Part shown: piece by piece, positions 37,338 to 47,863 of the stretch
Numbering within the stretch: position 1 is the first letter of the stretch
How the letters are laid out: every line of letters starts with the position of its first letter
From: a virus
Direction: 5' to 3' (one strand)
Length of the DNA stretch: 64,000 bases
IMG/VR virus record: IMGVR_UViG_3300010396_000042
Location: 33,299 to 97,298 of that record
The notes under the pieces: model-generated
Told to the model about the DNA's origin: nothing
The model's input: the letters and a program-made list of their open reading frames with translations, nothing else
Database searches by the model: none
Made by a program: the position numbers and the translations under genes

Positions 37338-37856
37338 TCACGGCTCCAACCTCTGTGCTGAGTTGGCCGCTTCGTCCTCACTGGGCTGTTCAGCGAGTTC
37401 GCGCAGCTCCTCGCCGAACTGGGCCATGGCCTTGAACGTGGGCTGCAAGGCGGCCCACACGGATTGCAGAAAACCGTTCATCGTCTTGGCGAAGTCGATG
37501 ACCGCGGTGCAGATCTCCCGCATCTCCACGGTGGCGCGCTCGACGAGAAGGTGCTCGCCGTAGATGCGTTCCTGGTCGAACAGCCACACCAGCAGGTCCG
37601 CCCGGTCGAGGTCGGCCGGCGGCTCGACGCCACGTAGCTGCGGATGCTGGCGCAGCAGCGACCTTCTAGCGATCTCCGCTGCGGTCTTGAGCCGGCTCCA
37701 CTCCTGCAGGTTGATCATGCGTGGGATCGGATCGATGCACAGCATCCACTCCACCAGGTCGCACACGCCCCGCTTCTTGCGCATGGACAGCAGTCGCGGC
37801 GTGGTGACCGACAAGATGTCCGCTAGCGGGAACTCGCGGGTCTCAGGTTCCTGCAT
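37338..37856 (-). CDS. Conserved hypothetical actinophage protein
   Basis: FPLADILSVTT.RLLS..LLRQHPQL. Confidence 0.6.
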   Translation of the reverse strand: MQEPETREFPLADILSVTTPRLLSMRKKRGVCDLVEWMLCIDPIPRMINLQEWSRLKTAAEIARRSLLRQHPQLRGVEPPADLDRADLLVWLFDQERIYGEHLLVERATVEMREICTAVIDFAKTMNGFLQSVWAALQPTFKAMAQFGEELRELAEQPSEDEAANSAQRLEP

Positions 37857-38093
37857 GACGCACTCCCGGGACGAGGGCCGCCGTGGCGTTGAACGCGTCC
37901 GTCAGTGCCTGGGCCGCGGCCTCCATCGGACCTTCGATTGTCAGCGCGGCGTACAGGGTGCCGTCTGTGCAGTCTGAGACCCGCTGCCACAGCACGCCGG
38001 GCGCGTGGTCGAGCAGCTGCTCACGCAACTGGGCGGCGAAGCGCCCGATCGTCTCGGGTTCGCCCTCGAGCGGCAGCCGGAACTCGTAGGTAC

Positions 38094-38531
38094 TCACGCC
38101 GCGGCCCGGCGTCGCGGGTCGGTACACATGACGCGCGGCTCGTTCACGTCGCCTGTCTTCCAGCGGTAAGAACACTGATTGCAGCGTCTGTGGAAGTGCT
38201 CGGGCTCCCCGTCGCGGCAGTAATCGTCCGCGTGCTTGAGCGAGACCGAGTCCGGCGGCCGCAGCCGGCACCCGTCGCAGTACGCCATCATCGTGTCCAG
38301 GCTCGAACACTTGGGGCACGGCAGCGTCTGAGTCTTCGGTACCGGCTTCTTGCCGAGCGCGGCCGCGACTTCGTCCAGATCGAAGCGCCGGTGCCCGCCC
38401 GGCGTCGTCCCGAACGGGATCTTGCCCTGGCGTGCATAGAGCTGGACCGTGGCAGCCGTCAGCCCGAAAGCGTCCGCGACTTCCTTCGTCTTGTGGCGGC
38501 GCCCGCCCAGCGCGTCAGCCATCGCCATCAC
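38094..38531 (-). CDS. BldC-like MerR-type HTH protein with C-terminal Zn ribbon
   Basis: TKEVADAFGLTAATVQLYARQGKIP..TPGGHRRF; CPKC, CDGC, CNQC. Confidence 0.75.
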   Translation of the reverse strand: MMAMADALGGRRHKTKEVADAFGLTAATVQLYARQGKIPFGTTPGGHRRFDLDEVAAALGKKPVPKTQTLPCPKCSSLDTMMAYCDGCRLRPPDSVSLKHADDYCRDGEPEHFHRRCNQCSYRWKTGDVNEPRVMCTDPRRRAAA

Positions 38532-39477
38532 CCGCTTCCGGTGTCTCTGCAACCTTCTGAGCCTTGCAATACGCGTCGCCGCGCCCGTCCTCGAACGAGC
38601 GCAGGAGAACGAAGACCCCGTCCACCTCCCATTCCCAGGCGCGCGAGCCGTCGTCGCCGGCGATGCCTTCGATCGGACTCGCGCCCCTTCCTGAGAGGAT
38701 CACATCTGCGATCCGCAAGGCGTGCCGCTCCGGGACTGTCAGGCCGAGCAGGAACGCTGCCGCTAGCGGAGAGCTGGACTTGGCCTCGGCCTCGAACGCG
38801 AGGCGGGATCCGCCGGGCGGGAACACCACCGCGGCAGGAACGTCGCCGTCGGTCGCACCGCCCAGCAACGGTGGGTGCTGCTCGGTGTCAGCCACGATTC
38901 GCCTCCGCGGTGCCGGGATCGGCGAGCGGCACGATCTGTGCGCGCTCGAGCACCTGGTAGTGCACGACGTCGTTGTTGTCCGTGTGCCGGCGCACCAGGA
39001 CGCTGGTTCGAGCCAGATCGTCGAGCGTGCGGTAGGGGACGGCGATGCTCGGCGTCGGCGCGCCGATGAGGCACCATGCGATGACCCGGTGGGCGTGTTC
39101 CAGCTCGCCGCGCAGCCGCTCTGCCTCCGACTGCTCCATGCGCGTCTGCCTTCCCCAGGGCGGCTTGTGTTATCGCCGCCTGAAAAGCGTGAGCGCCTCC
39201 CGGCGGGGGTCGGGAGGCGCCACAGTAATCCGCTCGCCATGCGTTCGCGACGATATCGCTGCGCCGCCGCGAATTCACGATGGCCCGTCGTTTTGCCCGG
39301 TTCGTCGGCGTGTCACCGCGCCATTTCGTTAGGCCGCGCATATCAAAACTCATTCGGGACTCTTCAGGCCGGGACGGCGGATCGAAAAGGACTACGGTGG
39401 AAAACGAAGGCGCCGCCGACCCGGTGCGGATACACCAGGCCGACGGCTAAACACCACGCCGCCCAAGGAGCGACGAA

Positions 39478-40683
39478 GTGCCTGCCAGAAACCTTAGTGG
39501 CGCCAAGCGAACCGGTCTCGACCCTGGCACCGACACGCCGTCGGGCCCACGCCACGGCCGCCCCGATCCGATCGGCGCCGGCTGGACCGTCCTGACCGCC
39601 GCGATCGGTGCCATGGCCGCCTTGATCGCCCTCGGCGGCATGATCCTCAGTTTCCGCGCCGTCTCCGTGAAGATGATCCCGTCCTTCGGCGCGCAGTGGG
39701 CCTGGCTCGTGCCGATCGTGGTCGACCTGAGCGTCTTCGTGTTCTCCGGCGTCGACCTGGTCCTGGCTCGCCTCGACATGAGCCACCCCCTGGCTCGCTG
39801 GACCGTCTACGGCGCGACCGGCGGCACCGTGTGGCTCAACTACTCCGCCGGCAGCGACGCGGCCGGCCGCGTCGCGCACGTGCTGATGCCCTCGGTGTGG
39901 GTCGTGTTCGTCGAACTCATGCGGCACGTGGTTCGCCGCCAGGTCCTGCTGGCCACCGACAACCACCGCGAGAGCGTCCCGGCCGCCCGCTGGCTGCTCG
40001 CCCCCTACTCCACGCTCAAGCTGTGGCGGCGCATGGTCCTGTGGCGGGTGTACTCCTACCCGCGCGCACTCGATCAGGAGCGCGTGCGGCTGGCCCGGAT
40101 CGCGGCGGCGCGCGAGCAGCTCGGCCGCACGTGGCGCTGGCGCCTGGACGGACCTACACGTCTGTCGATCGCTCTGGGCGAGCGCCACACTCCGGCGATC
40201 GACCTAGCTCCAGCAGCCGACCAAAGCGACACCCTCCAGAGCACCGGGCCGGCCGCTGCGCGCTCTACCGCCGCGCCCCGCCTACCAGAGTCCTCTGCTC
40301 CGGCGACAGTGAAGCCCTCTGCTAATGCGAGAGCGGACCACTCCGATAACCAGAGCGCTCTTCCCGCTCCGTCAGCACAGAGCGCGAACTCCTCTGGCCA
40401 GAGCACCGGCGCATCTGGCGGCAGCCACTCCGGCGATGCTCTGGAGTACCTGAGCCCAGAGGAGACCGACGCTCTGCGCCGCCTCACGGCCTCCTGCGCT
40501 CCGCACATTCCTTCCCAGGGCGCCATCCGCAACGCTCTGCCGGCCGGGCCCGACGGCAAGCGCTGCGGAGCGACCCGCGCGATCCGCATCCAGAAGGCGC
40601 TGCGGGAGCGGGCAGAGCACCCTGACGCTCCGGACCCGCTCAGCGACGCCCTCGACTCAGAGTTCGCAGCCACCAACACCTGA
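39478..40683 (+). CDS. DUF2637-like membrane protein (actinomycete plasmid/AICE spread module)
   Basis: SF.A..AWLVPIVVD..WLN..AH..P..VE..R; RWLLAP..T..LWRRMVLW; C-terminal IRNAL..GATRAIRI. Confidence 0.8.
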   Translation: MPARNLSGAKRTGLDPGTDTPSGPRHGRPDPIGAGWTVLTAAIGAMAALIALGGMILSFRAVSVKMIPSFGAQWAWLVPIVVDLSVFVFSGVDLVLARLDMSHPLARWTVYGATGGTVWLNYSAGSDAAGRVAHVLMPSVWVVFVELMRHVVRRQVLLATDNHRESVPAARWLLAPYSTLKLWRRMVLWRVYSYPRALDQERVRLARIAAAREQLGRTWRWRLDGPTRLSIALGERHTPAIDLAPAADQSDTLQSTGPAAARSTAAPRLPESSAPATVKPSANARADHSDNQSALPAPSAQSANSSGQSTGASGGSHSGDALEYLSPEETDALRRLTASCAPHIPSQGAIRNALPAGPDGKRCGATRAIRIQKALRERAEHPDAPDPLSDALDSEFAATNT

Positions 40684-40797
40684 CGCCCTGCTCTGTTCGC
40701 TCCGCAGAGCGGCAGAGCGCAGAGCCACCCGTCGCGGCAGAGGGCCGGCAAGAGCAGAGCCCTCGAGCGAACCCCACCACGCGCAGGCGTCCAGAGC
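40237..40797. repeat. CAGAGC/GCTCTG repeat field, candidate clt (cis-acting locus of transfer)
   Basis: CAGAGC at 40705, 40713, 40720, 40755, 40792 intergenically, plus many copies in both orientations in the 3' end of the DUF2637 gene. Confidence 0.6.
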
Positions 40798-41048
40798 GCC
40801 GCACACCCGGAGACCCCAGATCCGATGACCACTGCATCTCCTCTCCTTCGCCCGCATCGTGCCGCCGGCTACTTCCAGATTCCGCCCGAGTGCCCCGAGC
40901 GCCCGGCAACGGCGTCCAGCCGCCGATCGCGACGCCCCGGCACTGTCGCGCGTCCTGTCGTCGCCGCTGTCGTCGTGTCGCCAAACGGGCCTCCGACCTC
41001 GCCTCATGCCACGCGACAGGGTCCTACCAGCCATCCCGGAGGCACCAG

Positions 41049-42425
41049 GTGACAGACACGACGACGACACCCGCTCCAGGCCAGCTGCGCGAGCCCAGCC
41101 CCGAACCCGAACCGCAAGCAATCAGCACGCTGCGCGCCGACCGGGAGGCAGCCGAACCCAAGCGGCACTCCATGCGCCGCGTGGCCATCCACGGGACCAC
41201 CGTCTCCGCGGTAGGCGGCGCGGCCACGCTCGCGCACGTCGCCGGCGCCCCCGTCGCCGGCGGCGTGGTCGGCGGCCTGGCCGTCGTCGCCTCCGGCGTG
41301 GTCGCAATTGCCAAACGCAAGCCGGGACCGCGCCGTACCCGCCGTATCCGCTCGGGTTCGGGCTCGCGCACTCGCGCCGCGGCCGCGCGCAGCATCACGA
41401 AGCGCGCGTCCACGACGGCGCGGCCTTCGGCCGGCCGTGCCGCACCGGTACGACGAAGGTCCATCCGCGCGGCGCCCACCGGAGCTTCGCGCCGCCCAGG
41501 CGGACCCGCCACCCGCGCTGCGCCCCGCCGCGCGACCGCCGGCGCCCCGAGCGCACTACGACGCACGGTGCGCCGCCACCACGGCCGTTCACCGGCGCCC
41601 GCACCCCGCCGTGCCAGCCATCCTGGTATCCGCCACGGGCGCCGGCACGGCGGACTATCAACCGGCCGCGCCCACGCGCGAGCCAGCCGCAACGCGGCAC
41701 GCCGCAGCATGGCCGCAACGTTCACGGCCCGCCGCACCCGAGCCGCCACGAGAACCGTCCAGGCGCGGCGTGCGGCGCGCACCGTGACCCGCCGCATGGC
41801 CCGCGGATGGCGCAACGGCATCGCCCTCGGAAAGCGCTACACGCAGTTCATCGACCCCACGCCGAAGAAAACCACCGCGCCCAGGGCGGCGACCGCCAAG
41901 AAGCCACCGGCGAAAACAGCCAAAGCCGCCCCAGGAAAACCAGTTAGCCCGCCGAAGAACTCCCCAGCGCGCAAAACAACCGCCCCGCCCGCAAAGAAAA
42001 CCGCACCTGGGGCCATCCCCAAACCCGGACGCCCCATCGCCGCCCCGGGCCTACCGAAAGCGAGCCCTCCCATGGCAGAGACCGCCGATATCGGCGTAGC
42101 AGCCGTCACAGAAGCCATCCGCGAACACATCGCCGGATTCGAAACACAGCACATGACGCAGATCGCAGGGTTCCTCGGCGGACTCGACGAGATGCTCACC
42201 ACGCTCGGCCAGTCCCTCTCCACCGTCGCCCAGCGCTGGGCCAATGAAGAACCCGTCGACATCGCCGTCACCGAGCATCTCCAGCAGCTCGCCGGCCACG
42301 CCGGCACGCTCGGCGAGTGGGCACGCCAGACCGAGCAGCTCTTCCGCATGGCCCACGACACCGAGATCACCCGCCTGCAGAGCCCCCGTCCCAACGAGCA
42401 GCACTGGGACGTTTCCAACCAGTAG
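41049..42425 (+). CDS. Basic Arg/Ala/Lys-rich membrane-anchored protein with helical C-terminal domain (transfer module)
   Basis: TM hairpin, histone-like low-complexity middle, C-terminal H..EI.RL..PRPNE..WDV. Confidence 0.6.
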   Translation: MTDTTTTPAPGQLREPSPEPEPQAISTLRADREAAEPKRHSMRRVAIHGTTVSAVGGAATLAHVAGAPVAGGVVGGLAVVASGVVAIAKRKPGPRRTRRIRSGSGSRTRAAAARSITKRASTTARPSAGRAAPVRRRSIRAAPTGASRRPGGPATRAAPRRATAGAPSALRRTVRRHHGRSPAPAPRRASHPGIRHGRRHGGLSTGRAHARASRNAARRSMAATFTARRTRAATRTVQARRAARTVTRRMARGWRNGIALGKRYTQFIDPTPKKTTAPRAATAKKPPAKTAKAAPGKPVSPPKNSPARKTTAPPAKKTAPGAIPKPGRPIAAPGLPKASPPMAETADIGVAAVTEAIREHIAGFETQHMTQIAGFLGGLDEMLTTLGQSLSTVAQRWANEEPVDIAVTEHLQQLAGHAGTLGEWARQTEQLFRMAHDTEITRLQSPRPNEQHWDVSNQ

Positions 42426-42446
42426 TCCCGGAAGGAGACCGCGACC

Positions 42447-44435
42447 ATGACCGTCAACCGTTCCGGCGTCCTCGATCTCGAGGTGCACAGCGCCGTCACC
42501 ACCCCGCTGGGCTACGCCTCCGCGCTCTACACGGCGGCCATGGCCGCGTCCTTCTGGCACCGACCCCTCGCCATCGACACCATCGCCGTGTGCGCCGCCA
42601 TGGGTGTCACGCTCGCCGCGATCGCACGACGCACACACCCCACCGTCCTGATGCACCTGGGTGTCACCCTGTTCGCCTCCGCCGCGTGGATGGCCTGGGC
42701 GCAGGCCGTCTCCCCGTTCACCTCCCGCGCCGCCATCCCCTTCGCGATCCTGCTCGTGCTACTCGGCCCGATGTACTGGGCCGTGACCGCGGCCGACCGC
42801 CGCGAGCGGCGGGCAGCACTGGAGAACGCCAGCCGCCTGGTCGGCAAGAAAGCCGCGCGCGGCGACTGGCCCGGCATGCTCGCCGCCCTCGGCGCCCCGG
42901 GCATCGACGTCGAGCGCACCCTGGAAAGCCGCGCCGGATACGTCAAGATCCTCAAACTTCCCGCACACGGGCACGTCACCTACGAACGCATCAGGGGCCT
43001 GATCAAGCAGTTGGAAGTCGTGCTCGCCGTCCAACGCGGCTGCGTGCGCGTCGTACCCGGGGAAGACGCCTCCCTGGTCCAGGTCCACGTCGTCACCCGC
43101 GACGTGATGGCGGAGACGATCGACCTGCCCGACGACGACACCCCGATCAGCGTCAACCGCCCGTTCCCCGTCGGCGTCGACGAGACAGGCGAGGAATTCC
43201 AGCTGCTGTGGCGCCAGATCGCGACGATCATCGCCGGTCTGCGCGGCAAGGGAAAGAGCAACCTCGCCAACGTGCTGATCGCCCAGCTCGCCCGCTGCGT
43301 CGACGTGGTCATCTGGGTCATCGACCTCAAGGGCGGGCGCACCGCGCGCCCCTGGCTCGCGCCCTGGCTCGAAGGACGCACCGCCCGGCCCGTCGTCGAC
43401 TGGGTCGCCACCACGGTCGACGAGGCCAACCTGATGCTGGAGACCGCTCTGAAGGCCGTGCAGATCCGCGCCCACTCCGGCGCCGGCGGCGAGATGATCG
43501 AACCCACCGCTGAGCAACCCGCGATCATCATCCTCTGCGAGGAGGTCGCCACACTCGTCGGCATGCACGCGGAAGCAGCGTCCAAGCCCCGATCGCTCCT
43601 GATGTCCATCACCCAACTCGGCCGCTCTGAAGCGGTCGACCCCATCCTGATCACCCAGCGCAACACGGTCACCATGACCGGCAGCGGCGACTTGATCAGC
43701 CAGTGCCCGCGACGCATCGCGCTCGGCGTCAGCTCGGTCGAGGACGCGCGCCTGGTCACCGGGGAGACGGCCAGCGCCGCCGCCATCGCCGCACTGAGGC
43801 ATCCCGGCTCGATGTACGTACGCGACGGCGATGTCACCCCGGTGCCCGTCAAGGGTTTCCGGGTCGTCTTCGAACGCATCTCCACGCTGGCCGAACGCCG
43901 CTCCCGCATCCGCCCAGGCCTGGAACCTTCCCTCGAGTCCGCGCTCGGCGATGTCTACACCAAGCGGTGGGAACGCGCCGGACACCTGGTCGACGGCAGC
44001 GTCCTGCCGGCCAAGCAACTCGCCACCAGCGTGGCGGCGGCGCCCGTCGCGGCCGCGACACTCCCCCTCATCCCCAAGCCGCCCGCAGACGCCCGGCCCA
44101 CCTACCGCACCGGCCAAGGCATTCCGATCCCGCGCGGAAACGCGAAGCTCTCCAAAACCGAAGTGGACGCTATGTTCGCCGACCTCGAACGCGACCTGAC
44201 CGACGTGACGGGCAACGCCCGCGCTGTGCATCCTGGCCGCGCCCGCATGCTCGGCATCCTCGAAGCGGCCGGCCGAGCCGGCCTCGGGCCGAGCGAACTG
44301 ACGCGGCGCCTGAACGAGGCGGGCATCGACTGTGTACGCCAGACGGTCCACACGTGGCTATCCGACGAAGCACAGGCAGGCAACGTCATCTCACTCGGCG
44401 GCGGCATCTACTTGCACCGGACGCATGCCCCGTGA
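42447..44435 (+). CDS. traB: TraB-like FtsK/SpoIIIE conjugative DNA translocase
   Basis: N-terminal TMs, Walker A GLRGKGKS, IDLKGG, Walker B IIILCEE, GRS..TQR, C-terminal wHTH. Confidence 0.8.
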   Translation: MTVNRSGVLDLEVHSAVTTPLGYASALYTAAMAASFWHRPLAIDTIAVCAAMGVTLAAIARRTHPTVLMHLGVTLFASAAWMAWAQAVSPFTSRAAIPFAILLVLLGPMYWAVTAADRRERRAALENASRLVGKKAARGDWPGMLAALGAPGIDVERTLESRAGYVKILKLPAHGHVTYERIRGLIKQLEVVLAVQRGCVRVVPGEDASLVQVHVVTRDVMAETIDLPDDDTPISVNRPFPVGVDETGEEFQLLWRQIATIIAGLRGKGKSNLANVLIAQLARCVDVVIWVIDLKGGRTARPWLAPWLEGRTARPVVDWVATTVDEANLMLETALKAVQIRAHSGAGGEMIEPTAEQPAIIILCEEVATLVGMHAEAASKPRSLLMSITQLGRSEAVDPILITQRNTVTMTGSGDLISQCPRRIALGVSSVEDARLVTGETASAAAIAALRHPGSMYVRDGDVTPVPVKGFRVVFERISTLAERRSRIRPGLEPSLESALGDVYTKRWERAGHLVDGSVLPAKQLATSVAAAPVAAATLPLIPKPPADARPTYRTGQGIPIPRGNAKLSKTEVDAMFADLERDLTDVTGNARAVHPGRARMLGILEAAGRAGLGPSELTRRLNEAGIDCVRQTVHTWLSDEAQAGNVISLGGGIYLHRTHAP

Positions 44436-44642
44436 ACGCCTACGACGTAAGCACCGAAGGCACAGCCCGTTTCGAGCTGCTCATGGCGGCAGTCGAGCGG
44501 GGGAACCGATCTCTCGCTGCAGGGATGCTTGTGTCGCTTTCCAGCGCTGACCTACTAGCGATCGAGGCGCGACTGCGCCTGGTCGGCACGGACTTCAAAT
44601 CGCTGCTCGCCACCTCAGACAGACCGTGAGGTCCGATCGGCC

Positions 44643-44702
44643 CGTCTGTTGGGTCGTCTATGGGATCGACCTGGATGAACCTCATAGACGACCCAACAGA
44701 CG
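44643..44702. repeat. Perfect 20-bp inverted repeat with 20-bp spacer
   Basis: CGTCTGTTGGGTCGTCTATG / CATAGACGACCCAACAGACG. Confidence 0.85.
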
Positions 44703-44736
44703 AAAAGGAGGTCTCCCATAGCCGTGGGAGACCTCC
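44703..44736 (-). terminator. Intrinsic terminator for leftward transcription
   Basis: GGAGGTCTCCCA-tagccg-TGGGAGACCTCC preceded by AAAA. Confidence 0.6.
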
Positions 44737-45506
44737 GCACCGAGCACTGCACCCCGACTAAGGATCGGCTCCGGTACCCGACCTCACAAGAAGGCGGTTG
44801 CAGGCAATCCAACCCCGCACTCCGGGCTCAGACAAGGACCTCGAGCCAAGTCCGAAAAACCCGCGGGCTGTACGCGGAACCCGGGCAGTGCCCCTGGGAC
44901 GTATCCGGCTCCGTCGCCCGGCACCAGCTCGGCGTCACCCGGTCAGCTCCCGACCCAGCGTCTTCGACGGCAGTTTCACCAGGCGGATGCCCGGCATTCC
45001 GCGCCGTCAGCCTACTGCCGCACGATCCACACCCCGATCTCCTTGTCGGCGCGCTCACGGGATCCCTCGAGCGCCCGGGCGTATCGAGACGCGAGCAGTT
45101 CGTCGATCACTGCTGAGTCAGGCATCTTCCTCGTCCTCCCGTACTGCTCGACGCAGGTCACGCAGCCATCGCGGTGGTGGTGAGCGGCGCCTGCGGTGCC
45201 AGGCGATGCGCGGCTGCGGCTCGTCGTCGTCCTGGTAGTCCTGCGCGTCGGGCATTGCCACCGTTGCTCTCCTCAGGCCAACGAAACCGGCCTATCACTT
45301 GCCCCTGGTCCCCGAGGGTGCAACTGGACTTGCATCCGTTCGGCGCGCCGGAATCTTCGAACCTGCTTGCTGCGTTGATCAGCAGGGGTCACACTCGCCC
45401 CAGAAGATCGAAGGGCGTCCCGGCCGCGAACCGGAACGCCTTGTCATCGACCCTCTTACGCCGCTCTGACTCCAGGCTATCCCCCGGCCAGGTCAGGAGC
45501 CGCCGT

Positions 45507-46559
45507 ATGCCCCGCATCGAGTCCCGCGCGTCGCGTCGCCACGCCGACCAGCTCTACGCGTCCCAGCCGTCCGTGCCGCTGCGCAAGCCGTGTCCGGGCC
45601 GCTGCAACGACCCGTGGCGTGCCGCCCAGGCGGTGCGCCTGCAGGACGCGGTGCCACACGACCTGGTGCCGATCGACGGCGAACCGGTGTGGTGCACCGC
45701 GTGCCGCAACAAGCTCTATTACGCGCTGCTGGGGATGCCGTATCTCACGGTGCTGGTTCAGCTCGAGGTCGCGAACGCGACACCGGCCGAGGCCGAACGC
45801 GTCTCCGGCACCGGCGATAAGCCCCTGCACGACCGCGAGGCGTACACGCTGCTGATCGACACGGTGTGGTCGACGCTGACCGGCTACGAGGACCAGGTCC
45901 GCTACGAGCGCAGCTTCAGCCCGCGCCCGGTGGCGGTGCGCCGCGGCCGCGCGCTGCAGGACGCCGCGGCGTTCCTCACCCGCCAGGTCGACTGGTTCCT
46001 CACGGACCGCCCGGACGACGACGAGGGCCCGGATCCGGAGACCGGCCGGCACACCGAGACCAGCGCCCGCGGGTTCGCCGACCGTATCGCCGGCCTCGAG
46101 CGGCGCCTGCAGCGCGCCACGCACCAGGACGAGCGGCACCCCGAACGGCGTCCCACCATCCCGTGCCCGAGCCCGGACTGCGACCTGATGGCCCTGGAGT
46201 ACGAGCTGGATTGGGAGAAGAAGGCCACCGGCCTGACACGCTGCCGCGCCTGCGGAGCCCGCCACACGCCCGAGCAGATGACCCGGTGGCTCTCCCTGCT
46301 GGCCCACCACGGCCGCCGGTGGCCCGCCGAAGTGCGCGAGTACTACGGCATCCCAGAACCTGAAGATCCGGATAGACCCGTGCCGCGGTGTTCTGCGCCG
46401 AGCGATTCCAGCCGCGATACAGCATCCGAGGAGTGCGTGCTTGACAGCTACGGCTCCTGCGAAACACACCGCGATGACATCTCGCCGTGCCTCTCCGACG
46501 GCGGTAGCCGGTCCCCCGAATCCGAAGGAAACGCCGATCCGGACGGAGCGGACTCGTGA
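45507..46559 (+). CDS. Zn-finger hypothetical protein (possible late regulator)
   Basis: AGGAG RBS; CPGRCN, WCTAC, CPSPDC, CRACG. Confidence 0.65.
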   Translation: MPRIESRASRRHADQLYASQPSVPLRKPCPGRCNDPWRAAQAVRLQDAVPHDLVPIDGEPVWCTACRNKLYYALLGMPYLTVLVQLEVANATPAEAERVSGTGDKPLHDREAYTLLIDTVWSTLTGYEDQVRYERSFSPRPVAVRRGRALQDAAAFLTRQVDWFLTDRPDDDEGPDPETGRHTETSARGFADRIAGLERRLQRATHQDERHPERRPTIPCPSPDCDLMALEYELDWEKKATGLTRCRACGARHTPEQMTRWLSLLAHHGRRWPAEVREYYGIPEPEDPDRPVPRCSAPSDSSRDTASEECVLDSYGSCETHRDDISPCLSDGGSRSPESEGNADPDGADS

Positions 46560-46882
46560 GAATCGTCCAACTCGAACTGTTCGCTCCGCCCTCGGCCGCC
46601 GCGGCCGCGACGCCACTGAACGACTGGGGAGTCTGGGTCAACGAGTGCGTAGTTTTCGCGACGAGGCACGGCGCCGAATGGTGGGCGCTGTTCTCCGCTC
46701 GCTTCGAGCCCACACCGCGCATGACATGTCTCATGCCGTCCATCGCGGGATGCAGCTGGCACGTCGCCTCGGATAGCCGCGAGGACGCGCACATGCTGGC
46801 CGAGCTGATGGTCGAGAACGGTGTGCCGAGATCGGCAGTCAAGGTCAAGCGACTAGCCCAGTGCAAGCGGAGTTCATCGTGA
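46556..46882 (+). CDS. Hypothetical protein
   Basis: GTGA overlaps at both ends. Confidence 0.55.
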   Translation: MRIVQLELFAPPSAAAAATPLNDWGVWVNECVVFATRHGAEWWALFSARFEPTPRMTCLMPSIAGCSWHVASDSREDAHMLAELMVENGVPRSAVKVKRLAQCKRSSS

Positions 46883-47541
46883 CGGGCACGTCGATCGAAA
46901 TCCGTTACGGCTACACCCTGAGCGACCTCGACCAGCTCGCCCGCAGGGTCGTGTCGAACAACATGCAATGGTGGCCGGCGGGCGACCGGCGCGACCAACA
47001 CGACACCGCATGGCACGGCATCGTCGAGCATCTATGCGCCGCCAGCGAACCTCCGAGCATCATCGATCTGCTCGAAGCCGGTCGGCGCGCACTCTCCGCA
47101 GAAGTGAAGGGCCACCTGCAGACGCATGGCGCGCGACGCGATTCGAGCAACGATGGTTCGAAATTCGCCACCTACTGGTCCTGGTTCGGCGCCGTGCAAC
47201 CATCACCCGAATCAGCAGTGGTTGAGCGTCTCGCCGTCGACCAGGTTCTGGCAGCGCTCACCCCACGACAACGTGCGGCCTTCGCCACCCTCGCGGCTCG
47301 TGACGACTATGTCGACGCCGCCCGAGCTCTGGGCATCGAACCGCAGACATTCAGAGCCCTGATCGGTCGCGCACGCACAGCGTTCGACGAACTCTGGTAC
47401 GAGGGCGAAACAGCGCCCAAGCGCCGACCCGACAGACGCATCGCGGCGCGTCCAGCAACGAGCGAAGCCGACGCCGTGGCCCGAGCCGCCTACGCGGCCG
47501 CGGCGAGAGAACGGCGCGCGGCGAAGCGAGCGGCGGCATGA
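46879..47541 (+). CDS. Sigma-factor region-4-like HTH protein
   Basis: [36 protein letters not shown]. Confidence 0.65.
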   Translation: MTGTSIEIRYGYTLSDLDQLARRVVSNNMQWWPAGDRRDQHDTAWHGIVEHLCAASEPPSIIDLLEAGRRALSAEVKGHLQTHGARRDSSNDGSKFATYWSWFGAVQPSPESAVVERLAVDQVLAALTPRQRAAFATLAARDDYVDAARALGIEPQTFRALIGRARTAFDELWYEGETAPKRRPDRRIAARPATSEADAVARAAYAAAARERRAAKRAAA

Positions 47542-47863
47542 CCGAGGCGACCCAGCACCCGATGACCCTGGAAATCCTCACCGGACTCGTGCCGCTGCAC
47601 ATCCTGCGGCTCATGCACCACCCCGGCGAACTCACTCGCGCCCAATGCGAGTCCGGCGAACTGGCCGACACCATCGCCGAATACGGCGACCGTCTCACCA
47701 ATCCTGGCAGCTTCTCAGACCGCGGTCACCGCGCGGAACGCTCTCGGCTCCTCAACGCCATCGCCACGGGCCTCGCGCTCGGAGCCCTCAAGCCCGGCGG
47801 CATCACCTGGGCCGGGCTGCATTGGTGCACCGAAACCCATACTGCCTGCCCTAACCGGAGCTC

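Noticed and set aside
44740-45480. Small leftward ORFs (e.g. 45118..45255) as a toxin or RiPP locus
   Set aside because: Short ORFs are plausible, but there is no recognisable motif or modifying enzyme to support a call
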